Program-made: the position numbers and the translations under genes
Shown: piece after piece, positions 1-10,800 of the stretch
How positions within the stretch are numbered: position 1 is the first letter of the stretch
Layout of the letters: every line of letters begins with the position of its first letter
IMG/VR virus record: IMGVR_UViG_3300009514_000017
Coordinates: 1 to 64,000 of that record
Length of the DNA: 64,000 nt
Reading direction: 5' to 3' (one strand)
Source: a virus
Notes under the pieces: model-generated
Seen by the model: the letters and a program-made list of their open reading frames with translations, nothing else
Told to the model about the DNA's origin: nothing
The model's database searches: none

Positions 1-2
1 TA

Positions 3-1067
3 AAGGATGACGAGAAGCTTCTACAACTTCTCATAGACCTGACCCCACAATCTTTCGAGACAAGGACAGTTACTGTTTCCAGAAAGATCAAGAGGACAAA
101 GAAGTCCCGAGATGTAATAGACAGAACAGCCATAAAGTCTGGAAAGAAGGTCCTCGCAGATTCTCCGTTTTCTTCAGACTCCATAGATGAGGAAACGACG
201 TTTAAGTACCAGACCGATGCACCTGCTGTTATCGGTAGGATCGAAGGGGTACTAGACAACGTACTGGTTCCAAACGGATCTGGAAAGAAGGGTATAGGAT
301 CTAAAGGTGCCCACGGAACGATAGTTGGAATCCAGATCCCGCCAGGAACCGATGTTGTTGGTCTGGTTACCAATGTCTACGAACGTGTCATCCTGTATGA
401 GAGGGTATCTAGAAAGATAGACGATATCAGTAAGCCGTTGGAGGAATTGATTAGGCCAAGTTGGGTTTCAGCGAATTACACGAACGGGTTGATCGGGAAA
501 AATATCTACAAACCGTTTTTTGGATGTGGTGCTGTGACAGATGATGTTACGGTTTCACCAGATACGTTTACAGTGACGGACCAGATCCCAGACGTATCTC
601 CTTGGTCAACAAGAGAGGTCGTCGATGCTGTCATCGGTTCGTCTTGGTCGTCTGGAAACAAGACAGTTGAGATGTCCATAAACGACATCTTTGATCGCTA
701 TGTGAAGGTGAAGAGTGAGGGATTGGACGCCAACGAGTTCATCCGGGTCCTAACAGATAGGCCGGTAGCCACGTTCGAAGACGTGCTAGGTGGAGAGTTC
801 CAGGTGAATTCCGTTGGCGGTTCCAAGACAGTGAGTCCAGTTCCGGGAAGGAGGATAGGGTTTCACTCTCTCTCGGTAGACAGTGAGTTGTCAAAAGCTG
901 GCAACCTAGCTGGACTTACTGACGATCCGCTCACAGGCAGTCAGGGTTTTGGCCTGAGTGGAAAACCACAAGTCACCAAGGCATCTTATGATGTAAGAAG
1001 GCAGAAGCTGGAAAAAGTTGAAGCCTACAGAGCAGCTCTGTCATCGGGCCCGGGGTTTGTTGGGTAG
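3..1067 (+). CDS. 5'-truncated hypothetical protein (probably virion-associated)
   Basis: The frame of the listed 438..1067 ORF is open from base 3 (KDDEKLLQLLIDLTPQ...) with no stop, so the gene begins upstream of the window. Confidence 0.75.
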   Translation, partial: KDDEKLLQLLIDLTPQSFETRTVTVSRKIKRTKKSRDVIDRTAIKSGKKVLADSPFSSDSIDEETTFKYQTDAPAVIGRIEGVLDNVLVPNGSGKKGIGSKGAHGTIVGIQIPPGTDVVGLVTNVYERVILYERVSRKIDDISKPLEELIRPSWVSANYTNGLIGKNIYKPFFGCGAVTDDVTVSPDTFTVTDQIPDVSPWSTREVVDAVIGSSWSSGNKTVEMSINDIFDRYVKVKSEGLDANEFIRVLTDRPVATFEDVLGGEFQVNSVGGSKTVSPVPGRRIGFHSLSVDSELSKAGNLAGLTDDPLTGSQGFGLSGKPQVTKASYDVRRQKLEKVEAYRAALSSGPGFVG

Positions 1068-1132
1068 TCAATGAGGTTGGCCAGGCCGTATAGTTGGGGC
1101 TGTGTACGCACTTTGCTCCTGAGAGAGACGCG

Positions 1133-1372
1133 ATGATAAATCTAGATTCCTTCGTAGACGAGCTCACCAAGATCTCTGGAGTCCCTGGTAAGGGGATGTT
1201 GGGCAGAGCCATCAAGAGCAGGCTCTTGATTGGTGGAGGTCTGGTTGGCACCGGAGCAGTTGGAGTCAAGGCTGGTGAGAGTGCGCTTGACGATTACAAG
1301 CGTGGCCGAGTCATGCGTAAGCAGCAAGAGATGCAGGAGCGAATGCAGCGGCAGATGGAGAGTTTCCGGTGA
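1133..1372 (+). CDS. small protein with FxDELxKIS N-terminal motif and Gly-rich hydrophobic segment (putative internal head/ejection protein)
   Basis: ATG at 1133 gives MINLDSFVDELTKISG; contains LLIGGGLVGTGAVGV; overlaps the next gene (GTGA). Confidence 0.7.
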   Translation: MINLDSFVDELTKISGVPGKGMLGRAIKSRLLIGGGLVGTGAVGVKAGESALDDYKRGRVMRKQQEMQERMQRQMESFR

Positions 1373-1737
1373 CGCGCTTCGAAGCTTTCGCGGACGAGTT
1401 GAGTAAGATCTCAACCATCAGTCTGTCTGGCATCTCTCCAAACAGTGTGCCCATGCGTCCTCCAGCCATGTCTACGCCGATGTCCAGCCCAACGATGTCG
1501 ATGGCTGCTCCAAAGCCTACGATGTCAATGGCTACCCCTCGTCCTGCCTCTCCTTCCAGTAGAGGTGGCGGCATGGCATCGATGGGGAAGATGGCAACTG
1601 TAACCAGTGCTGGAGCACAACTTCTAGGTTCTCAGAAGGTAGGCCGTTTCCGGAACGTCGCGACTAGCAGGATCGTTGGAAAGCGTGGTTCTACGGTTGA
1701 CGATTTGGTTCCAAAAGTCATGGGAGCAGGTTCATGA
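1369..1737 (+). CDS. low-complexity Met/Ser/Pro-rich protein with FADELSKIS motif
   Basis: MTRFEAFADELSKIS; repeated PTMSM units; coupled to both neighbours by GTGA/ATGA overlaps. Confidence 0.65.
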   Translation: MTRFEAFADELSKISTISLSGISPNSVPMRPPAMSTPMSSPTMSMAAPKPTMSMATPRPASPSSRGGGMASMGKMATVTSAGAQLLGSQKVGRFRNVATSRIVGKRGSTVDDLVPKVMGAGS

Positions 1738-2213
1738 GCAGAGTACATGAGATGATCAAGAAGGCGGCTGAAAGAGGAAAGCAGAAGACTGCTGGTATGG
1801 CCAACAGCGGTGAAGAAGTAGAACAGATGATATGGAAGCGTCGCACACGAGCGCAGACTCGAGGCGAAGCCCAGGGGTTGTTCAGCACGTCTGGTGACAC
1901 GATTGAGCAGGACAGAGCAGATCTGAAGAAGCTGTTTGTCCAGACTGATGGTGCAGAGCTTGGCGCCGGTCTGATGGACCTTCCTGCCGACCTGAAGAAG
2001 GTGTCCCACGTAGCCTCTTTCCTGGACATGGTGGAGAAGAAGGCAGGGCTCACAGAAGCTCAGAGACGCTATCCGGAGTTGCAGAAAGTATCGGAGTATA
2101 CGAGTGGCGGAGCTGAGAGGACTACCAAGACTCAGCCGCCAAAGAAGCGGGATCCAAAGGCAGCATTTGGACCCGGACCCGCCACTGCTCCAATGACAGG
2201 TGGCAGGATCTAG
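1734..2213 (+). CDS. hypothetical protein with K-x-[AS] motifs (putative head protein)
   Basis: ATGA overlap; contains IKKAA, QKTAG, LKKVS, SFLDMVEKKAG, LQKVS. Confidence 0.65.
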   Translation: MSRVHEMIKKAAERGKQKTAGMANSGEEVEQMIWKRRTRAQTRGEAQGLFSTSGDTIEQDRADLKKLFVQTDGAELGAGLMDLPADLKKVSHVASFLDMVEKKAGLTEAQRRYPELQKVSEYTSGGAERTTKTQPPKKRDPKAAFGPGPATAPMTGGRI

Positions 2214-2221
2214 AGGTTGGC

Positions 2222-3094
2222 TTGGATAGCAAGGAGCAAGCCTTCGATGAGATCATGGAGAAGCTGGCTGTTCTGAAGCCCGCTAATAGGCTGCCGTATA
2301 CTCCAGCTCTGCCTGTAATACCTAATGCACACAAACCTCTCGCCTCGATTCAAAAGCGAGAGGTAGCGATGTGGCAGGAAGCCAAGAAGTCGAACTGGGA
2401 TCCCCAATTCACCAAACCGCTGTTGCGCTCTATGGAACCTCTCATTCAGAAGAGGTCCAGCCTGTACAAGAACCGTGGCGTCGAAATCCCACATAAAGCC
2501 GTGGACTTCGAGCATAGACGCCTGGCTCTGGAAGCTATCAAGACCTACGACCCCAACAGAGGAACCAAGCTTGGAACCTGGGTGACTGGAAGATTGAAGA
2601 ACGCTTCCAAGTTCATCGGTCAGAACCAGAACACAGCAAGAATCGTCGACGCCATCTCCGCTAAGATTGGAGACTACCAGCGTTTCAAGTCTGAATTGTC
2701 AGATCAACTAGGTCGTGAACCAACAGCTCAAGAAATCCATGACAACTTGATGAAGATCGACCACGACTTCGAGAGGTTGAGGGGAACCTCTCTTCGTGAA
2801 ATTCATCGTCTGGATAAGGAGCAGCGCAAAGATCTGTTCAGCACTGGGTCTGAAATAAACATGTCGGGTGCAGCGAGAACTCTAGATTACAACAAGGAGT
2901 TGATGCACACGATCATGGATGAATTGACTCCAGAGGAAAAAAAGGTTCATGTCCTGACGATGGGACTGGAAGGAAATCCAAGATTGCCTCCAGGACAGAT
3001 AGCCCGCAGACTCCATATGGACAACTCTAAGGTGTCCAAGATTCGCACCTCCATCCTCAAGAAGATGGAGCCATACAGGGTGGATCTACTCTGA
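2222..3094 (+). CDS. sigma70-family RNA polymerase sigma factor (FliA/SigB-like architecture, divergent)
   Basis: Region 2 LEAIKTYDPNRGTKLGTW (cf. AVxxFDPxRGxKFSTY); region 3 LSDQLGREPTAQEI; region 4 ELTPEEKKVHVLTMGL...PGQIARRLHMDNSKVSKIR. Confidence 0.88.
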   Translation: MDSKEQAFDEIMEKLAVLKPANRLPYTPALPVIPNAHKPLASIQKREVAMWQEAKKSNWDPQFTKPLLRSMEPLIQKRSSLYKNRGVEIPHKAVDFEHRRLALEAIKTYDPNRGTKLGTWVTGRLKNASKFIGQNQNTARIVDAISAKIGDYQRFKSELSDQLGREPTAQEIHDNLMKIDHDFERLRGTSLREIHRLDKEQRKDLFSTGSEINMSGAARTLDYNKELMHTIMDELTPEEKKVHVLTMGLEGNPRLPPGQIARRLHMDNSKVSKIRTSILKKMEPYRVDLL

Positions 3095-3300
3095 TGTCCA
3101 GGACCTCTAGACTGGAAGCGCTGAAGCGAGATGTTAAAGCATACGTTGCTAAAGAGAAAGAGCGGATAGACAAGGACGTTGCGTTCCTTGAAGCGATATT
3201 GAGCAGCAGGACCGGCGGGCGAGGAGTTCAAGCCGTGTCTGAAACCCAAACATCCAATGGAGCGCAGCAAGATCTGGCCTCGTTTTTGAAAGATACGTGA
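3094..3300 (+). CDS. hypothetical protein
   Basis: TGATG coupling to the sigma gene; helical, charged 68 aa. Confidence 0.6.
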   Translation: MSRTSRLEALKRDVKAYVAKEKERIDKDVAFLEAILSSRTGGRGVQAVSETQTSNGAQQDLASFLKDT

Positions 3301-3330
3301 AGTGGGGATGTAGCTTAGAGGTTTAGACCT

Positions 3331-3834
3331 ATGGCAATAACATTAGAGGTTGAAAACTCATCCCCAAACAGAAACTTGGCTCTGGCGAGGTATCTCAAAA
3401 TGACTGATAAGCAAGCCACGGCTGAGGTGCTGTTGAAACTGGACGAGGTCAAGAGTGACGTCAAAGAAGTGAGAACTGAGGTTCGTCAGGTGAAAACGGA
3501 CGTCAGCTCGGTTCGAGAAGACATAGTTCAGCTGAAGACCAGATTCGAGCACCATGTTGGTGTAGAGGAGAGAGCAGACGACCACTTCTGGTCCAGGGAC
3601 TGGAAGACCTTGATTGGCGCTATCGAGAAGATCAACGATAGGCTGACAGAGGTCGAGAAGTTGAACACTATCCTGGTGGAGAGGAAGACTATCCTTGCAG
3701 ATCACGAGTCTCGGATACGGATAGTTGAGACATCTGGAATCAAAATGTCTGTCAAGCTTGCCATGATAGTTGGGGGATCTGTCTTGTTGGCTAGTGCAAT
3801 AGTTGGTCTCCTATTCAAATACCTAGAGCCATAG
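3331..3834 (+). CDS. coiled-coil protein with C-terminal transmembrane helix (holin/XhlA-like membrane protein)
   Basis: Heptad pattern VKSDVKEVRTEVRQVKTDVSSVREDI; C-terminal LAMIVGGSVLLASAIVGLLF. The start may be the downstream ATG (MTDKQ, about 3400). Confidence 0.6.
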   Translation: MAITLEVENSSPNRNLALARYLKMTDKQATAEVLLKLDEVKSDVKEVRTEVRQVKTDVSSVREDIVQLKTRFEHHVGVEERADDHFWSRDWKTLIGAIEKINDRLTEVEKLNTILVERKTILADHESRIRIVETSGIKMSVKLAMIVGGSVLLASAIVGLLFKYLEP

Positions 3835-4767
3835 ATGCCTATCGTCGACCTGCCAATACTCGTCGCAAACGTGGATACTCTGCTGGGTGCCGGTCACACA
3901 GACATCGAGATTCACGCTTCGACGGATGAGGGAAATAGCTACGAAGAGATCACCGCTTCTACTGCAACTGCTGCCATCCTGACCTCGGACGACGCAAGTA
4001 CGACTTTCCAGATTGCAGGATACACCTTGGTCTTGAAGGTCGATGGTGGCACAGAAGAGTCTGTGGTCTTCAGCTCTACTCCGCCCAATTGGACTCCAGC
4101 TCAGGTCAGGGATGAGATCAACGCTGTAGTCGCAGGGCTTGCCGCCGTCAGTGGAAGCGCAGTCGTGCTGACCTCTGGAACGACTGGTAGAGCTAGCTCC
4201 ATTGAGATCGTGTCCGGTGGAACTCCTCTAGGCTGGGATGCCGAAACCTTGGTCTACGGCAAGGACGCCAGGGTTACTTTGGTTAGTGCAACCTACAGCT
4301 ATACCTATCAGGACGCCTCTGGTTCAACTGAGTATCGCTACAAGTGGCGAACGTCTGCGGACGGGGCGAACCCTATCTCGAGCTTCTCCCTGCCAATCTA
4401 TGGTTCGGAGCCGCCTCTGATAGCCGGCGCGAATCTATCCGTGGCACAGGCTACCTTCGTTGACGTTCAGGGGAAGCCTATCAGGACGAAGATCATAGTT
4501 GGGGTCGTCAATACCCCGCAGAGTTTGAGTGGGTATATCGTTGGAATTCAAACTCCTCTGGTCTTCGAAACCGATGATAGTGGATTTGTTCAGTTCACCC
4601 TTGTTCGAGGGGCCAAGGTCAGGGTAGCTTTTGAGGGCACTCCATTCGTCAAGGAGATCACCATTCCGAATGCTGCTACCTTCAATCTCTTGACTGAGCT
4701 TGGCAACGCTCCAGACGCTTTCACGGTCCAGCAGGCCCCGACAGCTCTTGGACGCCGAGTTCTCTAG
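3835..4767 (+). CDS. virion structural protein
   Basis: Beta-rich T/S/G/A composition; the C-terminal TDDSGFVQFTLVRG..ITIPN domain is paralogous to one in 14193..15140. Confidence 0.65.
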   Translation: MPIVDLPILVANVDTLLGAGHTDIEIHASTDEGNSYEEITASTATAAILTSDDASTTFQIAGYTLVLKVDGGTEESVVFSSTPPNWTPAQVRDEINAVVAGLAAVSGSAVVLTSGTTGRASSIEIVSGGTPLGWDAETLVYGKDARVTLVSATYSYTYQDASGSTEYRYKWRTSADGANPISSFSLPIYGSEPPLIAGANLSVAQATFVDVQGKPIRTKIIVGVVNTPQSLSGYIVGIQTPLVFETDDSGFVQFTLVRGAKVRVAFEGTPFVKEITIPNAATFNLLTELGNAPDAFTVQQAPTALGRRVL

Positions 4768-4776
4768 TGAGTAATC

Positions 4777-5283
4777 TTGGGAACTACAAGATCTTGTGGT
4801 GATTGTGTAGCGTGCTGCGTCTACCCAAGCGTGGACGAAGGTGACGTCAAGCACGAGGCACTGTCACCGTGCCAGAATCTCGTCAATTACAAAAAGCTTG
4901 TTCCTAAGGTAGTAGAGGAGCAGGGACGTTTCCATGGTATGCCCATACTCTCTACGAGAAACTACCGCATTGCCGGAGGGACAAGCTGCCTCATCTACGA
5001 GAACCGACCGTCCTGTTGCAGCGCATACCGATGTGCGTGGATAAACGGCGAGGGAGATGAGGAAGACCGACCGGACAAGTGCGGTGTCGTGGTGGACGAG
5101 ATCAGCCGCACCGGCCCCATCAGGAACGCCTTGATTGCCAAGCCTCTGTGGTTCGGAGCGGAGGATGAGGAAGCGGGGGGTCGTGCGATGGAGCGAATCT
5201 CACGCTCATCCGGCGTACCCTTGCTGGTGTTGCAGTTCACTGAGTTTCGTCTGTTGCGCATCGTCGGCAGAGGAGTCGCGTAG
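4777..5283 (+). CDS. YkgJ/FliB-like CxxCxxCC Fe-S or Zn cysteine-cluster protein
   Basis: CGDCVACC ... CLIYENRPSCCSAYRCAW signature. Confidence 0.75.
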   Translation: MGTTRSCGDCVACCVYPSVDEGDVKHEALSPCQNLVNYKKLVPKVVEEQGRFHGMPILSTRNYRIAGGTSCLIYENRPSCCSAYRCAWINGEGDEEDRPDKCGVVVDEISRTGPIRNALIAKPLWFGAEDEEAGGRAMERISRSSGVPLLVLQFTEFRLLRIVGRGVA

Positions 5284-7493
5284 TGGCTACCGTCGTCGTT
5301 GCCTTCCCGTCTACGGGTGGTCGGATCGATCCCAACAACGCCGGTGAAGCCGGCGTTACGACCGGCTGGGCACTCCTCGGTGGTGGGAAGTCGCTGACGG
5401 CTGAGACCGACTTCAAGTACCAAGGCTCCTACTCGATCTCCGTCAAGGTTTCCAAGTCGCAGGGTGGGCTCAGTTTTTCGCCCACCGCAGGGATCAACTT
5501 TTCCGCTACACCGCGCACCGCGCTGCTGAAGATGTACGTCGCCACCCCTGGTCTCTTGGGATCTCTCAACTCCGGCTCCGGTCTCAATGCAGAGATGGGT
5601 AGTGGTGGTGTTCGCTCTGCTTGGTACGTCTACTACTTGGAAGGAGTCGCGACCTATCCGCGCACGCGAGCGTTCATCATCCGCGCTGTAGACCCGAACT
5701 TGGCTGCCTTCCGAGACGAGATAACCGGCAGTCCGACCCTCACGTCGGTCAACTACTTCGGCTTCGAGATGGACGACTTCGCATCAGCAAGCGCCAAGGG
5801 TCAGAACATGGCGGTTGACTCGATTGACTATGTAGAGAATGGGGCTGCATCGTTGCTGTTGACTCGTGGAGACAGCACCGATGCCGACGGCACATTCCAG
5901 CACTTTGTAGACTGGGACTTCAACACGGCGGCGAACAGTTATGGAGTGGTGATCGGTGAAAGAGGAGTTATTTTTGTCACTGGCAAGCTTGGTATTGGTG
6001 AATCTGCGACGGCAACTGAGTTCACCGACAGCCTATTCAATATAGTTTTTGCTGATGGTAAGTTCGACTCAGACTTCTCCGGAATCATTTGGGATGTATC
6101 AAACGCCAGCACTGTAATTGTAATCTCAGACGGCAGCTTTCTAGGTCGTGGCTCAGCTACGATAGTTCGGTATTTTGATACGGCATTGGATGTTGCTACC
6201 GCTACTGAGATCATAACTATCACTGGTCACGGGTTTTCAACCGCAGACTATGTGACCTACTCGAAGCAGGGCGGTTCACACGCTGTTGGACTGACAGACA
6301 CATCCAGTTACTTCGTCAACAGAATTAGCGCAGACACAATCTATCTATACGACACTAGGGCTAATGCTCTTGTTGGTGGAGCCACCGGGCGACTCGACCT
6401 AACAGTAGCTTCAGCCCCAGGAGAGTCTCACAGTCTTACCCGCAGTCCAGATACTAGACCAAATTTCGACTGGGTTGGAACAACAGCAGATGCGGTCACT
6501 GAAGATGGTATCATCTATAACAATGTCAAAGAGTTGACGCTGTCCTCCGCTGTAACTATGACGAGGAACAAATTTATCCAAGCGTCCAAGATATTTGCGA
6601 ATGTTGGAACTCCATCACTTGCAAACTGCACATTCTCCGATTCAATTTTGGACGAGGGCAGTAACCTTATTCTTGTAGCAGACTTGGCTGTCCTATCTGG
6701 GTGTACTTTCGTAGCGTCTGACGATGGCCACGCTGTAAAACTCGCCTCAGCGGCAGGAACCCCATTCACTTGGAATCACGAACATTCTGGCTATTGGGCT
6801 CCAGCAGACAATGGTTGGAACTTTTCAACGGCACAGGCGTTTACGTCTGAGCAGATCAACTTCGATGCTAACCATGGTTTCACGACCGGGGACGCGGTGT
6901 TCTACAACCGTGAAGGCGGAAGCGCGAGCATTGGTCTTGGTACTACCGATGACGTCAAGTATTATGTGAACGTCGTTGACTCTGACACTGTAACGGTTCA
7001 TGCCACTAAGACCGCTGCAATTGCTGGAAGCAGTGCTATAAATCTAACAACCAGTGGTTCAGAGACTCACAGTCTCTACAGTGGTAAGGCCACGTTGTGG
7101 AACAACTCTGGTGGTTCAATTACAGTGAACGTGTCAGGTGGGGTGACTTTCCCATCTATTAGAAATGGGGCCAACTCAAGTACCCTCGTCCAGTCAACCG
7201 TCACATTGAAGGTGACAGTCAAAGACGTTGGTGGAAATCCAATTGAGAACGCGCAAACTGCTATCTATCTAGCTGCCAGCCCATACACCCAGTTGATGAA
7301 TGAGGACACTCTATCTTCTGGAATTGCACAGGAGGAAGTGGACATAGCTGCATCAACAGCAGTTTCAGTACGAGTTCGAAAGGGTGATACTGGATTCACC
7401 AAGTACATTCCAGTAAATTCTCCACAGACTACCACCGCTACAGGCTTGGACATCACCATCACTCTCGAAGTCGATACCAACAACAACTCTTAG
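5283..7493 (+). CDS. tail fibre/virion decoration protein with two HGFxTGD repeat domains
   Basis: Repeats ITITGHGFSTADYVTY...GLTDTSSYFVN and INFDANHGFTTGDAVFY...VKYYVN; C-terminal Ig/carboxypeptidase-regulatory-like TVKDVGGNPIENA. Confidence 0.7.
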   Translation: MATVVVAFPSTGGRIDPNNAGEAGVTTGWALLGGGKSLTAETDFKYQGSYSISVKVSKSQGGLSFSPTAGINFSATPRTALLKMYVATPGLLGSLNSGSGLNAEMGSGGVRSAWYVYYLEGVATYPRTRAFIIRAVDPNLAAFRDEITGSPTLTSVNYFGFEMDDFASASAKGQNMAVDSIDYVENGAASLLLTRGDSTDADGTFQHFVDWDFNTAANSYGVVIGERGVIFVTGKLGIGESATATEFTDSLFNIVFADGKFDSDFSGIIWDVSNASTVIVISDGSFLGRGSATIVRYFDTALDVATATEIITITGHGFSTADYVTYSKQGGSHAVGLTDTSSYFVNRISADTIYLYDTRANALVGGATGRLDLTVASAPGESHSLTRSPDTRPNFDWVGTTADAVTEDGIIYNNVKELTLSSAVTMTRNKFIQASKIFANVGTPSLANCTFSDSILDEGSNLILVADLAVLSGCTFVASDDGHAVKLASAAGTPFTWNHEHSGYWAPADNGWNFSTAQAFTSEQINFDANHGFTTGDAVFYNREGGSASIGLGTTDDVKYYVNVVDSDTVTVHATKTAAIAGSSAINLTTSGSETHSLYSGKATLWNNSGGSITVNVSGGVTFPSIRNGANSSTLVQSTVTLKVTVKDVGGNPIENAQTAIYLAASPYTQLMNEDTLSSGIAQEEVDIAASTAVSVRVRKGDTGFTKYIPVNSPQTTTATGLDITITLEVDTNNNS

Positions 7494-7503
7494 ATAGGAC
7501 TCT

Positions 7504-7710
7504 TTGCAAATGAGTGAGGAATCGAAGAAGCTGGTCAATCAGCCCGTGACCATCGACGTCAAGTTCATCATCGATGGCATGAACATAGTAGTTGAAACTC
7601 CGTGGGCAACTTCGGTGATGCCGACCGAGAAGGCAGTGAACATGGTCCTGGCTTACGGTTCACTGCACTGGAAGGAACCGCAAATCCCGGAATCTACTTC
7701 GGAAAACTGA
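7504..7710 (+). CDS. hypothetical protein
   Basis: Fills the gap between two structural genes on the operon strand. Confidence 0.5.
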   Translation: MQMSEESKKLVNQPVTIDVKFIIDGMNIVVETPWATSVMPTEKAVNMVLAYGSLHWKEPQIPESTSEN

Positions 7711-7808
7711 GTCCTCGTCACTGACACTTGAGTGGCACTATTCTCACTAAGACTGAACCGTGCCAGATCACTGGCTTATAGACGTACAAGAACAGGTGGG
7801 CCCACACG

Positions 7809-10800
7809 ATGTCTGATACCCTTCTCGGTGGAAACTGGACGATTTACCCCTCCACGGATAACAACAGGAAGCAAGTCACCTGGACGGGTTCGTCCGACGG
7901 GACTAACACCTGTAATGCTCTCTACTCTGCGTTGAGAGCTTGGGAAGATGATCCAGCCAACATGTCAGAACTCGCGGTCATGCGGGCTGACACGCCGAAC
8001 ATCTACCGTTTCCAGAACCAGTGGTTCATCGATGATACGTCTGTCGAGCATCTGACTGGTGGTTCTGTCTTCAGCGATGGTTGGGTGGATGGAACCGACG
8101 AGCATGTTCTGATCATCGGTTACGCCCCGACCACTGAGTTCAGCACGGCAGACATTGGCAGAACGATCCGTAGTGGTGGTGCTGGAAACGACACAGGAAC
8201 CATTCTCGACTTCAACACTATCCGGAATCTTCTGTGGATTCGTCCAGACGACCCTACAGTTAGCACTGGTGACGAGTTCGATGATGGTGCTGCTACCTAC
8301 ACCATCGGTGCTGCTCTCAATGGTGATCCAGTTACCTCGGTCATGGCTGAGGAAGATGGAACCGGATTTACCGAGTACACCACGGAAGCGAATGAGGGGA
8401 CAACTGAGAATGACGTTGTCTGTTTCCCCAGCACCTCGTCCATAAACGATGCCTTTGCCATAGGTTTCGAACAACCTTTCAGCAGGCTAGTGATTGACCG
8501 AGTTGGTGGTCAGGTTGGTACTGATGGCGGCTCTCTTGCAACACAGTGGCAGTACAGTACTGGTTCAGATGCCTGGTCTCCACTGGCCGGCGTTGTTGAT
8601 GACACGGCTTCTGGAGGTCTTTTCGGCGCCGCAGCTCTAGCAGACGGCGACGAGGTCACCTGGGATATTCCAACGGATTGGCAGACTGCTTCGATTAACG
8701 GCAGCCCTCAGCTATATTGGGTCCGAGTCGAGATCACCGCTGGTCTCTACACCGCAGCTACTCAACCACTGCTTGCTCAGATCTGGATCTCAGGTGTTGG
8801 CGCTGGAGCCTTCGATTCTCACAACCGTCATGGGGTAGGAGCGAAGGCTGGAGAGAGCGCTTGGGCGGGCATCACCACGAAGGGCACCGTCGAGCCCAAC
8901 ACGCACATTTACATCTCCCAGGAAGACCCAGACCTCATAGCTGGAGACTCCAAAGAGGTATCGGTTGTAGCCACCAAGGGTACTTCTGACTGGTGGTCAG
9001 ACGGTCAGCTCGATCTTCTGCTAAAGGTTAAGGAGGCCGACAACGTTTTCGGTCCACTTCCCAACTCGAGCCCAACGACCGCTGTGGCAACCGTGTTCGC
9101 GCGGCAGTATACCAAGACCTACTCCCACACGATTGAAACTGGTCTAGCCACCGCTGGTGGTAACACCGTGGCCCCGCTTTCAACTGGTGACGACGGCGAC
9201 AACCCCGCAGGAGCCAGGAATCTCATCTGGGATAATGGCGACGCCACTCTGACGTTGGTAGATGAGGAACTGCTCTACAACGTTGGGTCAGCAGGTGCTG
9301 GAAATCTGGTGGCAGGTGTTCAGGATAACGGTGGTGTCTTCACTGACGACACCACGGACCTGAACAGCGTTGCAACTGGTGACGTGCCGATCTACGACGC
9401 TGGCGGAGCGGGCGCGAACGACGCCTTCTACTTCGGCATGGACAACGAGTTTACCTTCCTGTTGGTAGATGTCGGCACAGGTCACAACGGAACGACTTCT
9501 ACACAGGTTTGGCAGTATTGGGATGGCAGCACTTGGTCGGCTCTGACGGTTACGGACAATACGGATGCGGGTAATGGAGCTCTCGAGACGGCCGGGCGTG
9601 GTTTGGTTTCGTGGCTGCTTCCATCAGATTGGGAACGCACTAACGTTGAAAATCAGCCTGCGACGGCGCCGACCAACCTGTACTACGTTCGTCTAATCAT
9701 CACGGTTGTTGGAGACATGACAACCGAACCAATCGTTGACACCGCTTGGGCCGCTGGAAATTCACAGCTCAAGGCTCGAGTTGCCGACACAGGTATTGGC
9801 ACTCCAGGTGGTGCAACCGGAGATGCCAACTACTACCTGCTCGGTGATCCCATCACCGACTTCGCCAACAACGATGTGGTAATCGCAGGAACGAGTCGCA
9901 AGAACTTCGACATCAACGGTGCCCCGTCTAACGTTGGACCAGCAGCAGATGCCTCGAACCTGACTGTGACCTTTGGTCAGTTCACTAGAGACATCAACGA
10001 GAACGGAACCGCAGATCCGTACTCAATTGATATAGGGAACGCTACCACTCTCGCAGTGCAGAACATGTACGAGTGGGGCAAGTATCTGACCCGTCGTGGC
10101 AATACGACTGCTCTCGTGACTGGTGGGCAGGAAGGTCAGTTCTACGTCGGGTCAGAGCTACAGATTGAGTATGACACTCAAACAGGTGGGGCGTTCTCAG
10201 AAGGTGACCTCATTTATGATCAGACGACTGAAGCAACAGGAATTGTTGTTGCTGACCACGATGATGGTGGCGATGGTGATCTGATCATCCGTACACTGCG
10301 AGGAACGTTTACCGCAGGCAACGTGTTGTCAGATTCACCAGATCCTACGCAGACGGTTGGTTCCTCTGGTCCGGGCTACGTCTACACGGTAGAGGACACC
10401 ACCTTCACGATTACCGATGAATCGGTTGATGCAGGAAGCGCTGGTGGTGGTGACGTTCCAGTCTTCCCGGCAACAGAGCAGGCCAACGATTATATTGCTG
10501 TTGGTGCGGTAAAGCCTTTCGCTAGGGTGATTTTCGATATTTCCACTCAGGGTGTCGATGGAGGTACTCTCGATGCACTATGGGAATATTGGAACGGATC
10601 GTCTTGGACGACTCTGGAAGGTGCCACTGGATTCTCGGATGGTACGTCCGACTTCACTGCAACGACCGGCAACAAGAATCTCGATTTCTATCCACCTGTT
10701 GACTGGAGACCTCGTGGTCTTTCAGACAGCACGGTAAATACACCAACCCTGTACTTCATCAGGTGCAGGTTGGTTACGGCGGATTACTCCACTAACCCAG

